Of a stretch of DNA of 64,000 nt, positions 40,261 through 61,759 are shown piece after piece. Where the stretch lies: contig CBDBZY010000064.1 of assembly GCA_965213685.1 (NCBI GenBank), positions 32,001 through 96,000 on the forward strand, written 5' to 3'. The stretch is from a bacterium. Lineage in GTDB: Bacteria; UBA8248. The position numbers and the translations under genes are program-made. How positions within the stretch are numbered: the first letter of the stretch is position 1; each line of letters opens with the position of its first letter. The notes under the pieces are model-generated. The model was not told the DNA's origin. It saw nothing but the letters and a program-made list of their open reading frames with translations, and did not search any database.

Positions 40261-41332
40261 ATGCGTGCGAGGGTTAACTATATTTGGCAGTTACTATACC
40301 TACTATAATTATGTAGTGGCACATCTCTTTCTAGCTTTCATGCATGCATGAGCATCTGAATGGACAGGAGCTAGGATTAATTGTATCTCTTGCCTCCACT
40401 AAAACACCGGAAGAGTCGCAGTCAACCTGCAAGCAGCTATCGCTAAGACCTAGCAGCTATCCACCGAAACCTACAGAGCAGGAAGAGGTATTAAGTGTTC
40501 TGACCAAGTGGTATCGTCATCACGTTTACGTTTCACCCCATAACTTATAGTGTCACTTTCCCTCACATTCTTCATGTAATACACAAGTTTTTGGTGCTGT
40601 GTACAGGAGACTAGTACTACACACAATCCTTCCAATACCAACACAAAGCATGCTTGCTAGTTTTAACATCAACTGTCTCACAAAATGGAATACAACACTA
40701 TCATTTCCTTTATCCCATCGAAATCTGAAAGGTTCACCATGTCTATGCTTCTTCAGAGAGCGCCTAATGCTGCTTTCACAAGATTTGCACATGCACACAT
40801 GAGTATGGAAGACACTTGCTCGTTGAAGAGTGTCTGCAGGGCCTCGGACCACCGTTGGACCTTCCACAGAACTTAGAGGAGCCAAGGGAGGACGTGCTGG
40901 AAAGACCCGGACTCATCCTGCCATACACGCAATGCCACGTGGAGCTGTAATCAACAAGGGTATTCGGTCCCGTGTATCTCCGTAGCTATCGAGCGGAACC
41001 TGACTGTTTTATACTATATTGTAGCCCAGCGTAAGGACTCTACGTCAGCGTAGAACTGTGAATATTGCTTCAGGCAAACCAAAATGAGATAGCTTCTGCG
41101 GAGGGTACTTCGAGCGCTTGCGATTACATAGCGTGTACAAGCGGCGCCACTACAAAGATTAGGAACGCTTTTTCTTCACGCCATTTGCACTTTTAGAATG
41201 TAGAAGGACTAGCCTACAGGAAACCTTTGCCTCGAGTCCCTAGCGTCAATCGCCTCTAAGATACAGCACGAAATATACCCAGGAAGTATGCGTTGAGAAA
41301 ATTGCATAATGGAATGCGGGCACGTAGAGGAA

Positions 41333-44300
41333 GTTATCAAAGATCGGACACCATGTATATTCGGACGCTCCCATTCTGGTTAAGAGGTGCCTATGGAAGA
41401 CATTCAGGCACAAATTCAAACCTTAGTTCAAGGCCACTCTATAGCCCAAGTTTGACTTAAACCCTCGCTATATTCAAGGAGCTGCAGGCGTTCAAACTAG
41501 AATATCGGACACAGCAATAATCGGACGAAGCTATATATCGTTGGACACCGCATATTACTTTCACGCTGGCCACCTTCTAGCCTAGTAGTGACGCAGAAAA
41601 GCCTCTACCAGCTATCCAAGAGCGTTATCTGTCCAGTATGACTCCGGATATGCCGCATATCTAACGCGATCTCCCCACCTTCGTACCCTGCGCGCGCATG
41701 CGTGTCAGGTTACACGTGAAGAATTTCCTATTTGTGGATAGCACGATGAGCTACTCCAGATAGCTGCTGTGGGTGTATTGTAGCACCAGTAGACAATGGG
41801 TTATCTGAAGTTTGTGTGTGGCAGTCTGCACTAAGTCATTTATTTTGCGGTGCGCGTTTGTGTGAATTCTGTGTTGTGTGTTGTGTAGCATAATGCTCCA
41901 TTGCATAAAATAGGTGTGTACATGTGGAACTAATCACAGTAGCACAGGCTCCAACATTTCCAGAAGAGTTTCCAGGACCAAAACTTATTAATTAAAACCA
42001 CGCTCACTTCCAGCATTAACTCCGTCCATACCACGCCTTTTATAAGGCACGGCCAGTGATCGTAGCCTTCTAGCCTAGTAGTGACGCAGAAAAGCCTCTA
42101 CCAGCTATCCAAGAGCGTTATCTGTCCAGTATGACTCCGGATATGCCGCACATCTAACGCTATCTCCCCACCTTTGTATCCTGCGCGCGCATGAATGTCA
42201 GGTTAGAATTTCCTATTTGTGGATAGCACGATGAGCTACTCCAGATGGCTGCTGTGAGTGTATTGTAGCATCAGTAGACAATGGGTTATCTGAAGTTTGT
42301 GTGTGGCAGTCTGCGCTAATTCATTTATTTTGCGGTGCGCGTCTGTGTGGGTGTGTGGCATACCACAGATTTACAAAGTTTGGCACCCACGTCAACTCCA
42401 AGTAGCATGTGATGCTGTCAAAAACAGTCTCCACACCATGGGCTTTGGAAGTATTTTTCATCCTATGGTCAACACTGCATGATCATGTCTCTGGAAGGGT
42501 AAATGGCATGGTAGACACCGCTATAAGGACCTCGCCTTTCAAAGCGCTGAACGCCTTTCACATACCACGATGTTGGTGAGCACACCTGGTGCTTTAGACA
42601 ATTTTTTTGAGGATACTCTTTTCACAAATGACCTCCTTCAAGAGCCTAGCAGAATATTCAAAATTGATGAAACAAGCATTGCCCTGAACCCTTTTTCCTT
42701 CGGGGCATCAAGTACTTTCAGATGGTTTCAAGTGGAGTTAGGAATCAGATATTTGTTGTTGGTTGTGCGTGCTGTGGTGCAGGTGGTACTTCACTGCCTC
42801 TTATGGTAGCATTTGATCACCAGAGGTTAAGACCTGAGTGGGCAAAAGGTGAGGTTGCAGGTACATTTTAGGGTCTCTCAAACAGTAGATGGATAGGTGC
42901 AGTTATTTGAGCTGTGGTTTAAGAACCCTTTTCTTGCACCTCCAACTCACCCCCTCCCCTTGTTTCTGGATGGCCATTCATGTCCTTTTCTGCCTGCTTT
43001 TATTCGTGCTAAAAAAAGATTGTTTTCTGTTTACCGCCTAACACTTTTTACCTAACACAACCCTTAGATAAAAGCCACAGCAGATGTTCTGGAATGAGGA
43101 ATGCCTGAAGTACACGGTGCCGCATTTTTTTGAAGCAGTTATGTAACTTCAGTGTGATAGTAATTCATGGGGCAATGTTGTGACTAAGCCACAATCTTTA
43201 GATTTACTGGGATGTACCAGCTTATCAGAATACTCCCTGGCTGAAGCAACACAAGAGGACGTTGGCTGAGAATGTGCATATCCCTGTACTAACTCAGGTG
43301 AGGCGTAATTTTTCTCAACTTCCCTGGACACCTATACACGTACATACACTCCAGAAATCCTCATGACCATCTCCTGCAGCAAGCATGGCTGCCATCACAC
43401 AGGGATGCAAGCTTACCATGTTTTGCGGAAAAGTTAGATGTTCCTGGCACACTCTTGTGAAACATAGTTCAGTGATGAACTAAATTGTACCACGCTTCCG
43501 CTTGTTCTTTTCTGGAGATCTCATCATCTTTTAGCCTTGCTGCAGCCATTGCCTTAAAAGCACATGCAGGACCATGCACAACATAACAGTCATCACTAAG
43601 AAAACGAGGCTACTGAATAGGCTCCAACTGTTCCGGATTTTTTGCTCTTGTCTCCGAACTCGGAAGGCCTTACTACAGTCTTCTTGCTTGTCCTGGAAGT
43701 AGGCTAGACAGTTGTATAATGTGGCTGCTTTTTACTACAATAGATTAGACCGAGCAGTATCGCGTGTAGAACTATTGGTTACTGCTAGCTAGCGGTAGCC
43801 ATCGTATAAAAATCGACAACATAATTAATTTTGTGAGCGTGTCTCCAAATTGCGTACATACATGTCCATGATTGTACACGCTCGCGCCTACGTCACGTAC
43901 CGACGCAACTTGCGTGAGCTTTGACGAGCAGTAATCAACCTTTGTTTTTTGTCCCAATATGCACCAGGTTCACTCTCAAAGCATTAAATTTCAAAAAACT
44001 TTTCTGGGGGAGCATGCTCCCAGATCCCCCCTAGACTGCTCTGGGCTACGCCCACATCCAAATTATATACATATCACAAATTTCCTGGCTATGCCACTGG
44101 CTATCTACTCATTATACGGTCGGAGGCTACGAACACTGGCCGTGCCTTATAAAAGGCGTGGTATGGACGGAGTTAATGCTGGAAGTGAGCGTGGTTTTAA
44201 TTAATAAGTTTTGGTCCTGGAAACTCTTCTGGAAATGTTGGAGCCTGTGCTACTGTGATTAGTTCCACATGTACACACCTATTTTATGCAATGGAGCATT

Positions 44301-44859
44301 ATGCTACACAACACACAACACAGAATTCACACAAACGCGCACCGCAAAATAAATGACTTAGTGCAGACTGCCACACACAAACTTCAGATAACCCATTGTC
44401 TACTGGTGCTACAATACACCCACAGCAGCTATCTGGAGTAGCTCATCGTGCTATCCACAAATAGGAAATTCTTCACGTGTAACCTGACACGCATGCGCGC
44501 GCAGGGTACGAAGGTGGGGAGATCGCGTTAGATATGCGGCATATCCGGAGTCATACTGGACAGATAACGCTCTTGGATAGCTGGTAGAGGCTTTTCTGCG
44601 TCACTACTAGGCTAGAAGGTGGCCAGCGTGAAAGTAATATGCGGTGTCCAACGATATATAGCTTCGTCCGATTATTGCTGTGTCCGATATTCTAGTTTGA
44701 ACGCCTGCAGCTCCTTGAATATAGCGAGGGTTTAAGTCAAACTTGGGCTATAGAGTGGCCTTGAACTAAGGTTTGAACTTGTGCCTGAATGTCTTCCATA
44801 GGCACCTCTTAACCAGAATGGGAGCGTCCGAATATACATGGTGTCCGATCTTTGATAAC
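41333..44859. mobile_element. Foldback element with 736-bp near-identical inverted arms
   Basis: 41333-42068 is the reverse complement of 44124-44859 with only a few mismatches seen. Confidence 0.92.
42350..43200 (+). pseudogene. Heavily decayed pogo/Tigger-like transposase (HTH-psq + DDE)
   Basis: YKVWHPRQLQVACDAVKN, STLHDHVSG, LLQEPSRIFKIDETS, LFLDGHS and TQPLD remnants in different frames. Confidence 0.75.
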
Positions 44860-47766
44860 AGTGTTGTTTTGGTATGGCACTAGCCATTTCAATTACAGTT
44901 TTGGTTACAATCTATGAGTAGTCAGTAATTTGATTTTGATTGAGTAAAAAAATATGCTTTAAAGATATCATGGTTACAGTTAAAGTTGACATATGCCAAA
45001 CAGTGGTGACAATAGTTTGGTTTTAGTAATATTGGTTTTAGTTATGGTTGTGATTAATAATAATTATATACTTCAGTGATAGTGCCAGTGAGCTAAAGGA
45101 AGGACATGTTTCTCTTTAGCATGATTTCCCTCTCCAAGTTCCTGTCAGAAAGTCGATTTCGCCTTCCAGAGGAAACTAGACCGGCTGTTGAGAACACTCT
45201 TTCAACAGGGGCGCTTGATGCCGGAATTGAAAGAACATCAAAAGCCAATGAGGCAAGCAGAGGGTAAGTGCTCTCGTTCTCCATCCAAAATTGTAATGGA
45301 TCAATGTCTTCATTGATGTCGAGCTCGCTTGATGCATACAATCTGACTTCTTCTTGCTCAGGCATCAAACATGGACTAGTAGACCGGGAACTTGCTTGTT
45401 CCTTCTTCTTTTCAAAAAGAATGCTTGAAAGGTAACGAAATTTCTTAGATGGTGGGGGCTGTTCTGGTTCTGTAACATCCTCTTCAGTTGTGTGCATTTC
45501 AACACTAGCACCAACATTCTGAAACTGGATGAGAGAATAACACTTATGTAAGGTGGTCATTTAGTTACACTCTAATTTTACAACCACAACAAGGTGGCGG
45601 CAAAATATCCCACAAGGAAATTGCAACATGAAGGCCCATATATTTAAGAATGCTACACATCTACAATAGCCAGGATGTATACTTTGACTAACCTCTTTCA
45701 GTATGCTCTTTTTGGCACTTTCCATCTGATCCTTGTTGAGCAAGAGGCGGTACCGTGGATCCAAGTATGTTGCCATTGTATGAATGGGGTCAAAGTTTAC
45801 AGACTTTGGGTCCTGCACTTTCGCAAACCTGGTCCCTAACTCCTTCTGAAGAAGAGTAGCTACCTGCCTCAAACCTGTTTTCTCTTTTGCCTGTACAGGT
45901 GACAATATTATGCACAGTCAAGTCACTTAACTGCAACTCACACATTAAAACATACTAAACATTTTACCCACTAAACACGCAGTACACTCTGAGAATACAA
46001 ATGACATACAAAGGACGTACAGCTTCAAGGTGACAATCCAGCTCCATGAGTACAGGAATAACGGTAGAGATGGTTGTGAATTCTTCTCCACTGGTCAGTG
46101 ATGTATACTTTGCAAATGGCTCCAGGAGGAAGTGAATCTGCTCTAATGTCTTCCATTCGCTGTTCTGTAAACCATCCCATCCTAACTCCACCAGCACCTG
46201 TGAGAGTTCATCCTTGACTGAAAGAAGACGCTCTATTAGAAGAAAACTGGAATTCCATCGAGTTGGACAGTTACTGACGAGCTTTCGCCCTGAAAGGGCA
46301 ATCAGCTTCTCAGTCGCTTTCACAGACTTGTTGACTTTCTTTACCAGTCTGTGAGCACTGGCAAGTACACGCTTAAGTGATCGAACACTATCAAATTTTC
46401 GTACCACAAGTTGAAGCACATGAGCAAAACAGCTTATCCGTTTGTGCAGGGTGAAAGCAACATCAAACTCTAATTCACACTCTTCAAAGTTGGAGATATC
46501 ACCAAGCACATCAGCACCGTTTTCTTGCTCTTCACCATCCTCACTCATTGTCTCCTCTTCATGCAAAGGGGAACTGGAAGTACTTGCCACAGCAGTTTCC
46601 TCAGTATCTTCGCCTACATCTTCAGGATCTGCTTCCATATCCACCCACTCACGAAAAGCTGCAACCATATTGCTGCCATTGTCTGTCAAAATGGCGCTAA
46701 CTTTGTCTCTTGAGAGCTCCCATTCACCCATCACCTCCTCCACAATTTCCTCCACCCTTTCAGCTGTATGTGGTGATGGCAATCGCCTAACAGCTATGGT
46801 TGCATTTCTCCTTTTGTGGTCAGAGCGTGTAAAAAAGTGTGCCGTCACTCCCAAGTATGAGGCAGTCATGCTCTTTCTGGACCAAATATCTACAGTGAGT
46901 GAGACCCTACGGGAGTCACGAAGTACGGACAGAAGCGACGCTTTCAAGTCCACGAACACCCGGTCCATTTCTTTCGAAATAGCCGCGCGATTGGGAACAG
47001 TATAGCGATCATCGAGTTCGGCGATCAAGTCACGAAATTCTTGACTGTCAACAATCGAGTTTGCCACATAGCCAACGCCCACAAACGTGGCTAGCTTCCG
47101 AGTTATCTTCTGATACTTTTCGCTTTCTTTTGTGTACTTCTTCGTCCTCTTGGTAGCATCCTCAATGGACAGCTGGGTCGCCAACTTCACTTCACGACCA
47201 TGCTTTTGTTTCGCCTTTTCCTTTAGTTCCTCCTCCATTTTACACAATTCGGTATACCGACCAGGATGCTTCGCTTTGAGGTGCGCTTTCAGATTCGTTG
47301 GATACTTCCCGTTGATTTCCATGCCACAGACCGAGCTCTCGCTGGCGTCGCCGCTTGACACTTGGCATGTACTCTTGCCTTTGGTACTGTCATAAAAGAA
47401 ATAATTCCAGACAGCGCTCTCCCTAGGACGGCCAGAATGACTACCACTAGCTTTAGACATCTCAAACGGTGGCAACAACTCAAACTTCAGCAACACGAGG
47501 TAGTCACACACTCACGTGCATGTCATATGACACAAATTCAAATGCGCATGCGCACTTACTAATACTAATACTAGTATAGTCTACTAGTAATCCTCAATTC
47601 CTGATTGGTTAGAATCACCCTTGGTCCTTCAAATTACAACACGTTAAAGTTATGGTTATGGTGGGTACTTGAGAGTAGTGTTAGTTACAGTTATGATGAA
47701 CTCTTTTGTTAGTTGCACAAAACTAAGATGTTTTAGTTGTAGTAGCAGTTAACTAATACAATACTT
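44859..47766 (-). mobile_element. hAT DNA transposon
   Basis: Ends CAGTGTTG...CAATACTT (imperfect TIR); subterminal GTTACAGTT-like repeats; contains a transposase; no TSD seen. Confidence 0.8.
45093..47460 (-). CDS. hAT transposase (BED finger, DDE, C-terminal dimerization domain), 3 exons: 47460-46021, 45890-45693, about 45524-45093
   Basis: SAVWNYF..C..C..NLKAHLKAKH BED finger; LTVDIWS, LTDNGSNM, CFAH, TRWNS, SSAPVERVFS; phase-0 GT-AG introns join the three ORFs to about 690 aa. Confidence 0.9.
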
Positions 47767-47820
47767 CCTGTATCTGCAATAACTCTATTGTTTGTGGACC
47801 GCTGGCCTACCGACTGTTAA

Positions 47821-48448
47821 GGACTGGGACCGCGTTTCCGCCCACGCACAATTAAATGCCCCCGTTGTTTCACGTGATGAATAAGGCGTTTGTATGCGTA
47901 TGACGTCAAATTATCATGTGACACCATTATAGACAAAGGAAATATAGGCTGAATCTCCACTTTCACGAGGCGGATTTGTTGCCGGGTAGCTACAACTTTA
48001 GTTTTTGTGTAGCAGTGTTGCATTTTGATGTTTAAGCATCGTATCAACGGTAAGTGTCGCTTCGCAGTCAAACAACCGAGATATAGTCCAGAGTATACCC
48101 CTGACAGGTGCCGTGTTTTGTGTTTTTTGTTCATAACTCGCTACTTCTCTAACTTTAGCGCTTTTACAATTGATACATGTAAGGCCAGCGTATAAGCTTT
48201 CTTTTGGTGTATCAAACGCTTTGCTCAACCTTCGTCTTCAAATCCGCCTTTTGCGTTTTAGTGCGAAATAGGTCAGCCGCTAAACCTTCCATATCCCATC
48301 GGCGAAAGGGTGGGTGGGGCTTACTTTTGCCCTGCCTTTTGTGGTTTCATGGCACTTTAGGATAAACCTAATTTCGAGTTGTTGATAACTGCAAAAACAC
48401 GTGTTGAAAATGTTGCCAAATCTGATGATTTTGCGCGTGACCCAGTCC
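47821..48448. mobile_element. Kolobok-like non-autonomous element
   Basis: TTAA|GGACTGGG...CCCAGTCC|ATAA; removing it restores the outer TIR. Confidence 0.75.
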
Positions 48449-48731
48449 ATAATGCACCTGAGTAGTAAATGTAAACGTCATCAATGGAACGCAAGACGTC
48501 ATTGACAAATTATTATATTACGTAATGTAATCAGTGTGTATCTGGCGTTCCTCCTCGCCGCAGAGTACAAAACCACGTTTATAATGTATTGTGCAACACT
48601 AAATATTATGGGGTGTGATCTGTGTCAAAATTGGTAATGGAAGCTTTCAATAATACTTTGCATATTTATGCAGGGATACACATAATAGCAATCTGCTAAC
48701 ACAGGATGTGTAACCTTATATACTAATTAGC

Positions 48732-50487
48732 AGGCAGGGGGCATAGATGGAATTGGACCAAGATGGAATGGATAGGCAGGGGGCATAGATGGAATTGGAC
48801 CAAGAGTTTTGAAATTTTGTGCTACTGCACTCTATCAGCCACTTGTTCATGCTCAGTCTTTCTCAACATTATATTCCACAAGAATGGCGTGTTCATTGTA
48901 TTACTCCAATTCACAAGTCAGGAGACAGATCGCTAGTCAACAACTACAGACCAATCTCATTACTTTGTACAATATCTAAAGTCCTGGAAAGAATTGTCTA
49001 CAATGCAGTTTCTGAATTTGTTACTCAGTCAATCACAACTGCGCAGTTCGGCTTCATTCGTAAGCATTCATCATTGCAACAGCTACTAATCTTTATAAAT
49101 AACATTATGAGCCCCTCCAAACATACTGATGTTCTATACCTGGATTTCAAAAAGGCCTTTGACAGTGTTGCGCACAATGAACTCCTTGTGAAGCTATGGA
49201 GATTTGGCATTACCGGAAACCTATGGCATTGGTTCAGAGGATACCTTCTTTATCGCTGTCAGTGTGTTTGTGTCAATAATGTGACTTCAGGAACATTGCC
49301 AGTGCTCTCTGGAGTACCCCAAGGTAGTATCCTTGGACCATTAATGTTCCTTATCTTTGTTAATGACCTACCAATGTCAGTATCTAGCTCTCATCTACTA
49401 CTATTTGCAGATGATACTAAATGCTTAAAAAAAATTGATAATTCAGAAGACTGTAGTGCCCTCCAACAAGATCTGCACAACCTAACACAATGGAGTGAGT
49501 ACTGGAATCTACATTTTAATGATTCCAAATGTGTTCTTCTAAGATTCCTGTCAAGAATCCCTGACTCTTCCTTTGACCACATATATTACATCAAAACTCA
49601 ACCTGTTGCTAGAAGAGAGAGCCATAAAGATCTAGGAATTTTAATATCTGAAGATCTGTCTTGGATAAAACATTATGACTACTTACAGTCCAAGGCCTAC
49701 AAAAAAACTTGGCTTTCTCCGTAGAACTCTTTCCAAAACAATGACTATCCACACAAAGAAAGTTCTATACACATCTCTAGTTCGATCTCAACTGACCTAC
49801 TGTTCTCCCATCTGGCGCCCGCAGTTTTTGAAAGACATTCAGTCCATTGAGAATGTACAGAGACGGGCAACTAAATTCATTCTACATGACTACAAGTCAT
49901 GCTACAAAAATCGCCTTGTGGCCCTTCACTTACTTCCGTTAATGATGCAGTTCGAACTCATTGATATATTATTCTTTATATCCAGCCTTAAATGTCCAAC
50001 TGAACGCTTCAACATTTTTCAATACGTTACCTTTTCTGCAACATCAACACGCGCAACCTCAAGGCATAAGCTCGTTCACAACTTGTGTAGAACAAATCGT
50101 GACAGACACTTCTACTTTAATCGTCTGCCCCGTCTTTGGAATTCTCTTCCAATCATTGATGTGGACCAGTCATTTAACACCATCAAGCGCAAACTAAAAT
50201 GTTTTTTCTGGAGCTACTTTGTTGCAAACTTTGACCCTGAAAATTTATGTTCTTATCACTTTGTTTGTCCGTGTAACAAGTGTGTTACTTTACCAGTTAC
50301 GTGCACCTTTCAAGATGTTACTCTATAGAAGCCATTTGTCCCCCCATTGTGTTTAATATGCATATGTATTTGTGTTAAAGGCTAGGAGTACATGTACTAC
50401 TAGTCCTTCAGTACAACTGTCCATGTATCATCTGGTCACTTCCTCCTTTTCTATTTCCTGTACTGTAAAGCTTCTAATAATAATAAT
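48732..50487 (+). mobile_element. 5'-truncated CR1/Crack-group LINE with (TAA)n tail
   Basis: NYRPISLL, YLDFKKAFDSV, GVPQGSILGP, LFADD, ENVQRRATK; frameshift near 49705; TAATAATAATAA at 50475-50487; 31-bp duplication at the 5' junction. Confidence 0.93.
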
Positions 50488-50510
50488 TACAAAGCTAAAA
50501 CTAACAGGTA

Positions 50511-50979
50511 CACTGCACAAAATCCATGGTTATTTTAACCACTAAGAATGGTTATCTCAGTTGCACATTTGTCCTCTCAACACTTGGCACTGAGCAGAGG
50601 TATAAAGAATGTGCAAGATGTGTACGATATCACGCAGGAGGAATTGAGTGGTAGAAGACAGTCCATTAGTCTACTGAGCATGACAGAGGAGTGACCCCCC
50701 ATCATGGGCTGTTTACCCATCCTCTGTCAAATTCCTGTCTTAGCACACAATTACTTTTACAATTACTCACATATATTATTATTGGGGACACCCTACACTT
50801 TGCCCAGAAGGCTTCAATCTCAAGATTATAGGATAACTCTGTGTGGGGGGTTACATGATGTCATTCAGCTTCAATATTAAGAGTATAGGACAACTCAGTG
50901 TGGGAATGAGATGGTGCCACTCAGCTGCAACTGAGATAACCTTAGCAAGGTTTAAAATAACCATTTCTTTTTTGCAGTG
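50511..50979. mobile_element. CACTG (EnSpm/CMC-type) MITE, full length; relics of the family flank the sulfatases
   Basis: TA|CACTGCACAAAA...TTTTTTGCAGTG|TA with subterminal TCTCAGTTGCA / TGCAACTGAGA. Confidence 0.85.
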
Positions 50980-52444
50980 TACAGATGGTTATGTGCAATA
51001 GGAAACAACATTTTGTTTGAAGTAACCATATGTGGAATTCAACACAGGTGAAGCCTACTACGCGTGCATGTCTTGCTAGGAATCTTGCTAGGAATGTCGC
51101 TACATAACATTGTGGCCAGCAACCACACCCGGGGGGGTGTCCGGAACAAGCCCTGAACAGACTCTCGCTTGCGGAGAGAGTCTGGCTACGCGAGACTACT
51201 CTCGGTTGGAGCCCAGTCGCGCCCTCTGGTTGCCAACACCTATTGCTTTCGGAAACCAGTAGAATCTTGTGTGCTTGGTGCCTCCGTACGCGCTACAACG
51301 TACTGCCATTTAGTACGCAACATGGACGAAAATACAATGCAATATACTGGGGCAAAATGTGGCATACTGTAATACCATAGAACGCAACATACGCTTTACC
51401 CACCAAGCGCTTTCTTACACTTTTGCACCTCGCTAAGCGCCCTCAGTTCTGCAGCACCACCCCGCACGGCTCCTGGAAAGTACATGCGAGTTCTAGCTGA
51501 TATTGAAGGACGAAACCCCAACACTCTGTGTCACAATCCGCGTAGAGTGAAGGAGGGCTGGATTCAAAACGTGCGTGACTAGTCCACTGCGGAACACACC
51601 AGGCACAATGTCAGTCAGTGGGCTGGAACGACACTACGACACCATAAACTATGTCTATCACCCTACTCATTATGGTTCTTACCTAATATTCAGGAGAGGA
51701 GGGTTTTGTGCGTAAGAGGTACTTGCTATGCTTGCTGCGTTTAGCAGAAAAGGGTATTGTATGGGCCCTTTAGAGCGAAGGTATGAAGATATTTTAAGTG
51801 GCCTTAAACGGCGGAAGCGGAAGTGCCCGCCCCTTGCATGTTGGGCCATGATGAAAGCAGGTGTAGAATAGTCTCGTCCAGACCCTCACGCGCTCCCCGA
51901 AAGAGGGTCTGGCAACTATACTCGACCCTATGACGTGGCCGTCCGGCATGTGGGATGGCCAATCACAGCGCAGCATTCTTCAATTCTACGTTCCATAGTA
52001 GATCGTTGCCTGTTCAACAAGTAACGCCACCCAATCATTTATTTTTACTTGTTACCTGCATTTGTAGTCTTTGTATGCCCTGTCTTGCCTACATTTTATA
52101 CACAGCAAAAATAGAATTGTTGTTTTAACAAAACAAGGCCAAGGCACAGCTCACAACAGCTGTTACAACTATATTTGTAGTACAGTTTACATGGCCCTGC
52201 AGCAAGTATAACAAAGGTCTTTATCATAGGAACAATGTCATTTTTGCTGTGTACACAGCTAAAAAGAGATGGACAATTGAAGGTTATTCCAGGTACTAGC
52301 ACTCACCACATCATTCAGTTTTCTTGCCACTATTTCTCTTTCAACCTCTTAATGACAGAATAGGCGAACAATGAATCAATGCTGGTGTCAGTTTATGCTC
52401 AGTGGATTAAAAAATGTATTGTCGTACTTCTTAATCATCCCTAC

Positions 52445-56060
<3,616 letters not shown>

Positions 56061-56072
56061 TCTTACACATTG

Positions 56073-56448
56073 TACCGTAGATCGGTCATTGTTAAAATAT
56101 TTTCGTCTGTGTCTCTAACGACAAAAATTGAACGCGCGAAATATTTCCACGTAATACACGCGAAATGTTTTCCACGTAGTTCGTGAAACACTTCAGCGTG
56201 TACACGTGTGCAGAAATGGCTTTGTTGAGGTATATGAAACCAATCCGTTCTTTACCTGATCTTAGATGAGACTCAATCCGTGTACGCAAGTGTACAAAGT
56301 CCGTAAAACGCCGCCTTAAATATAATTTTGTCGCGTTTAAAATTTCGTCATTTCGTCGGTGTACTGCATGGAGCGACCAAAGTAAATTAACGCGAAAATA
56401 TTTAACAGACGAAAGTTTCCACCGCTGATAATTTCCTGATGTACGGTA
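56073..56448. mobile_element. Tc1/mariner-type MITE
   Basis: TACCGTAGATCGG...CTGATGTACGGTA, TA TSD, subterminal TTTCGTCTGT / ACAGACGAAA. Confidence 0.7.
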
Positions 56449-56523
56449 TATAGTGCGTCAGATCAGGGGCGTAAGAAGATGCTTTCGATGGGGGGCTGAC
56501 CCTGTGGGCGGCCCAACCTTTAA

Positions 56524-57017
56524 CCCTTTCGCTCTCAAAAGTGCGCATTTTTGCGCACTTTCTAAAACAGCGTAAAACTGGAGAAATATGGAACATTTGA
56601 TGATGTAATGTCGGCATGCGGGCAATTAACTGATAAAAAACTCCCACGCACCCCTTGAAGTGGCCTCTCGGCGCTTGGATGTGGCGGTCGGAGCTTTGAT
56701 GTAGCTTTCATCTCTGCTATTGTATACTTTAAAAAAAAAAAAAAAAAGCAAGAAGCCTAGCAGGCAGTGTGATGAAGCGTGAGGGAGGGCTAGAGGTGGC
56801 TGGAGTGAAGTCTGGGCTCTGCAAGTAGCCATAAATGGGCCGCGCGGCTTCGATCTATAGGAATACGGAGGTTTGAATTGGTTGCCAGGAGACTTGCGGG
56901 CTATGCCGTTGCCATGGAGGTAGCCAGGCGAGCGGAAGGGCCGGAAGTAAACGGAGATCTAAGAGAGACCGTGTCACGTCGCTCGCTCGTTCCATCGCGG
57001 GAACTCGAGCGAAAGGG
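56524..57017. mobile_element. piggyBac-type MITE
   Basis: TTAA|CCCTTTCGCTC...GAGCGAAAGGG|TTAT. Confidence 0.8.
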
Positions 57018-57184
57018 TTATTCCTTGGTGTTGCTGCGAAAACGACACGGGATAAAGCGCCTTATTCCGAAGAGAGAGGCGTCTCTGCTGTGTCTACGGA
57101 AAGAATTAAAGAATGGAAGAGGTCAGAATCGGGCGAAAACGAGAACAGCTCGAGAGAAACGAGCTATCACGGTTAGCAGAGAGT

Positions 57185-58470
<1,286 letters not shown>

Positions 58471-59417
58471 TGCACCTTGAATCGGCAGCAGACTTGTACA
58501 TGTACATGTAAGTGTCTTTGCACTTTCTTTAGGATAGTGATAGTGTATATTACTCAATATTAACATGCTATTGATACTGCATAATTTCACTCTACGATGT
58601 ACAGAGCTTGGCCTAAGGATCTACTTGCCTTTCGTCTGGATTAGTACTTTTGGAGCGGGTAGGCTCACAGAAAGGGGTAGACCAGGAGCTGCCAAGGAAA
58701 GAGTAGATACGGTGAGAAAGAATGAGAGAGTGTGTTACTTTGTTCAAGTTTCAGATGTACATGTACATGTAGGTTTGAAGAGGAGGCACATGTACAGTAC
58801 ATGTACATGTACATGTAAGTGCCATTGTCACAGCATAGTAAGAGGATGCTACCACAGACAAGCTGCTTTGCTGAATTCCACCGGCACTGACAGCTTCAAC
58901 TGACTCTTCTCTGTGTATTTCCTATTGATTTGTATGTATGTACATGTACATGTATGTGTGAACATGTGCATGTGGAAGTATGTACATGTACATGTACATG
59001 TATGTTGAGTGTGTATTCAGTGAGATTGTGTGCTCTACACTGTGTTTCCATGATTTTGTATGTATGCATTTGCTTTTAGATCAGTTGTTTGATGATTTCC
59101 TGAAGTTTCAAAAATTGAAGCAACCCTTAACTAGGGGCATGTCTCCCCTGGAAATTACTTCAATGTGCACGCTCTGAAATCAGTTCTAGTGCATTCTGAG
59201 ACAAACCCATATTATGAAAGCAAACTAGACAGCTACAGCTACTAAAAGTTTCAGCTAAAGCAGCGAATACTTCAATAGCAGCATGCATGATAGTATCTAT
59301 TACTAGTGCAATAACTGGGGGTGTGGCTTTTACACAAACATGGGGGGTTGTAGCCCCCCCAGCCCCCCTGCTTCTTACGCATTCTTGCAGATGTAGTACG
59401 AACAAAGATGCGGCAAC

Positions 59418-60445
<1,028 letters not shown>

Positions 60446-60475
60446 AATATGATTATGGTACGAGATATTGGCAGT

Positions 60476-61737
<1,262 letters not shown>

Positions 61738-61759
61738 AACTAGTAGAATGCTGAGCATT

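Noticed and set aside
46442-47395. Plus-strand ORFs over the hAT gene and antisense ORFs over the sulfatases
   Set aside because: Shadow frames of real coding sequence with no recognisable motifs.
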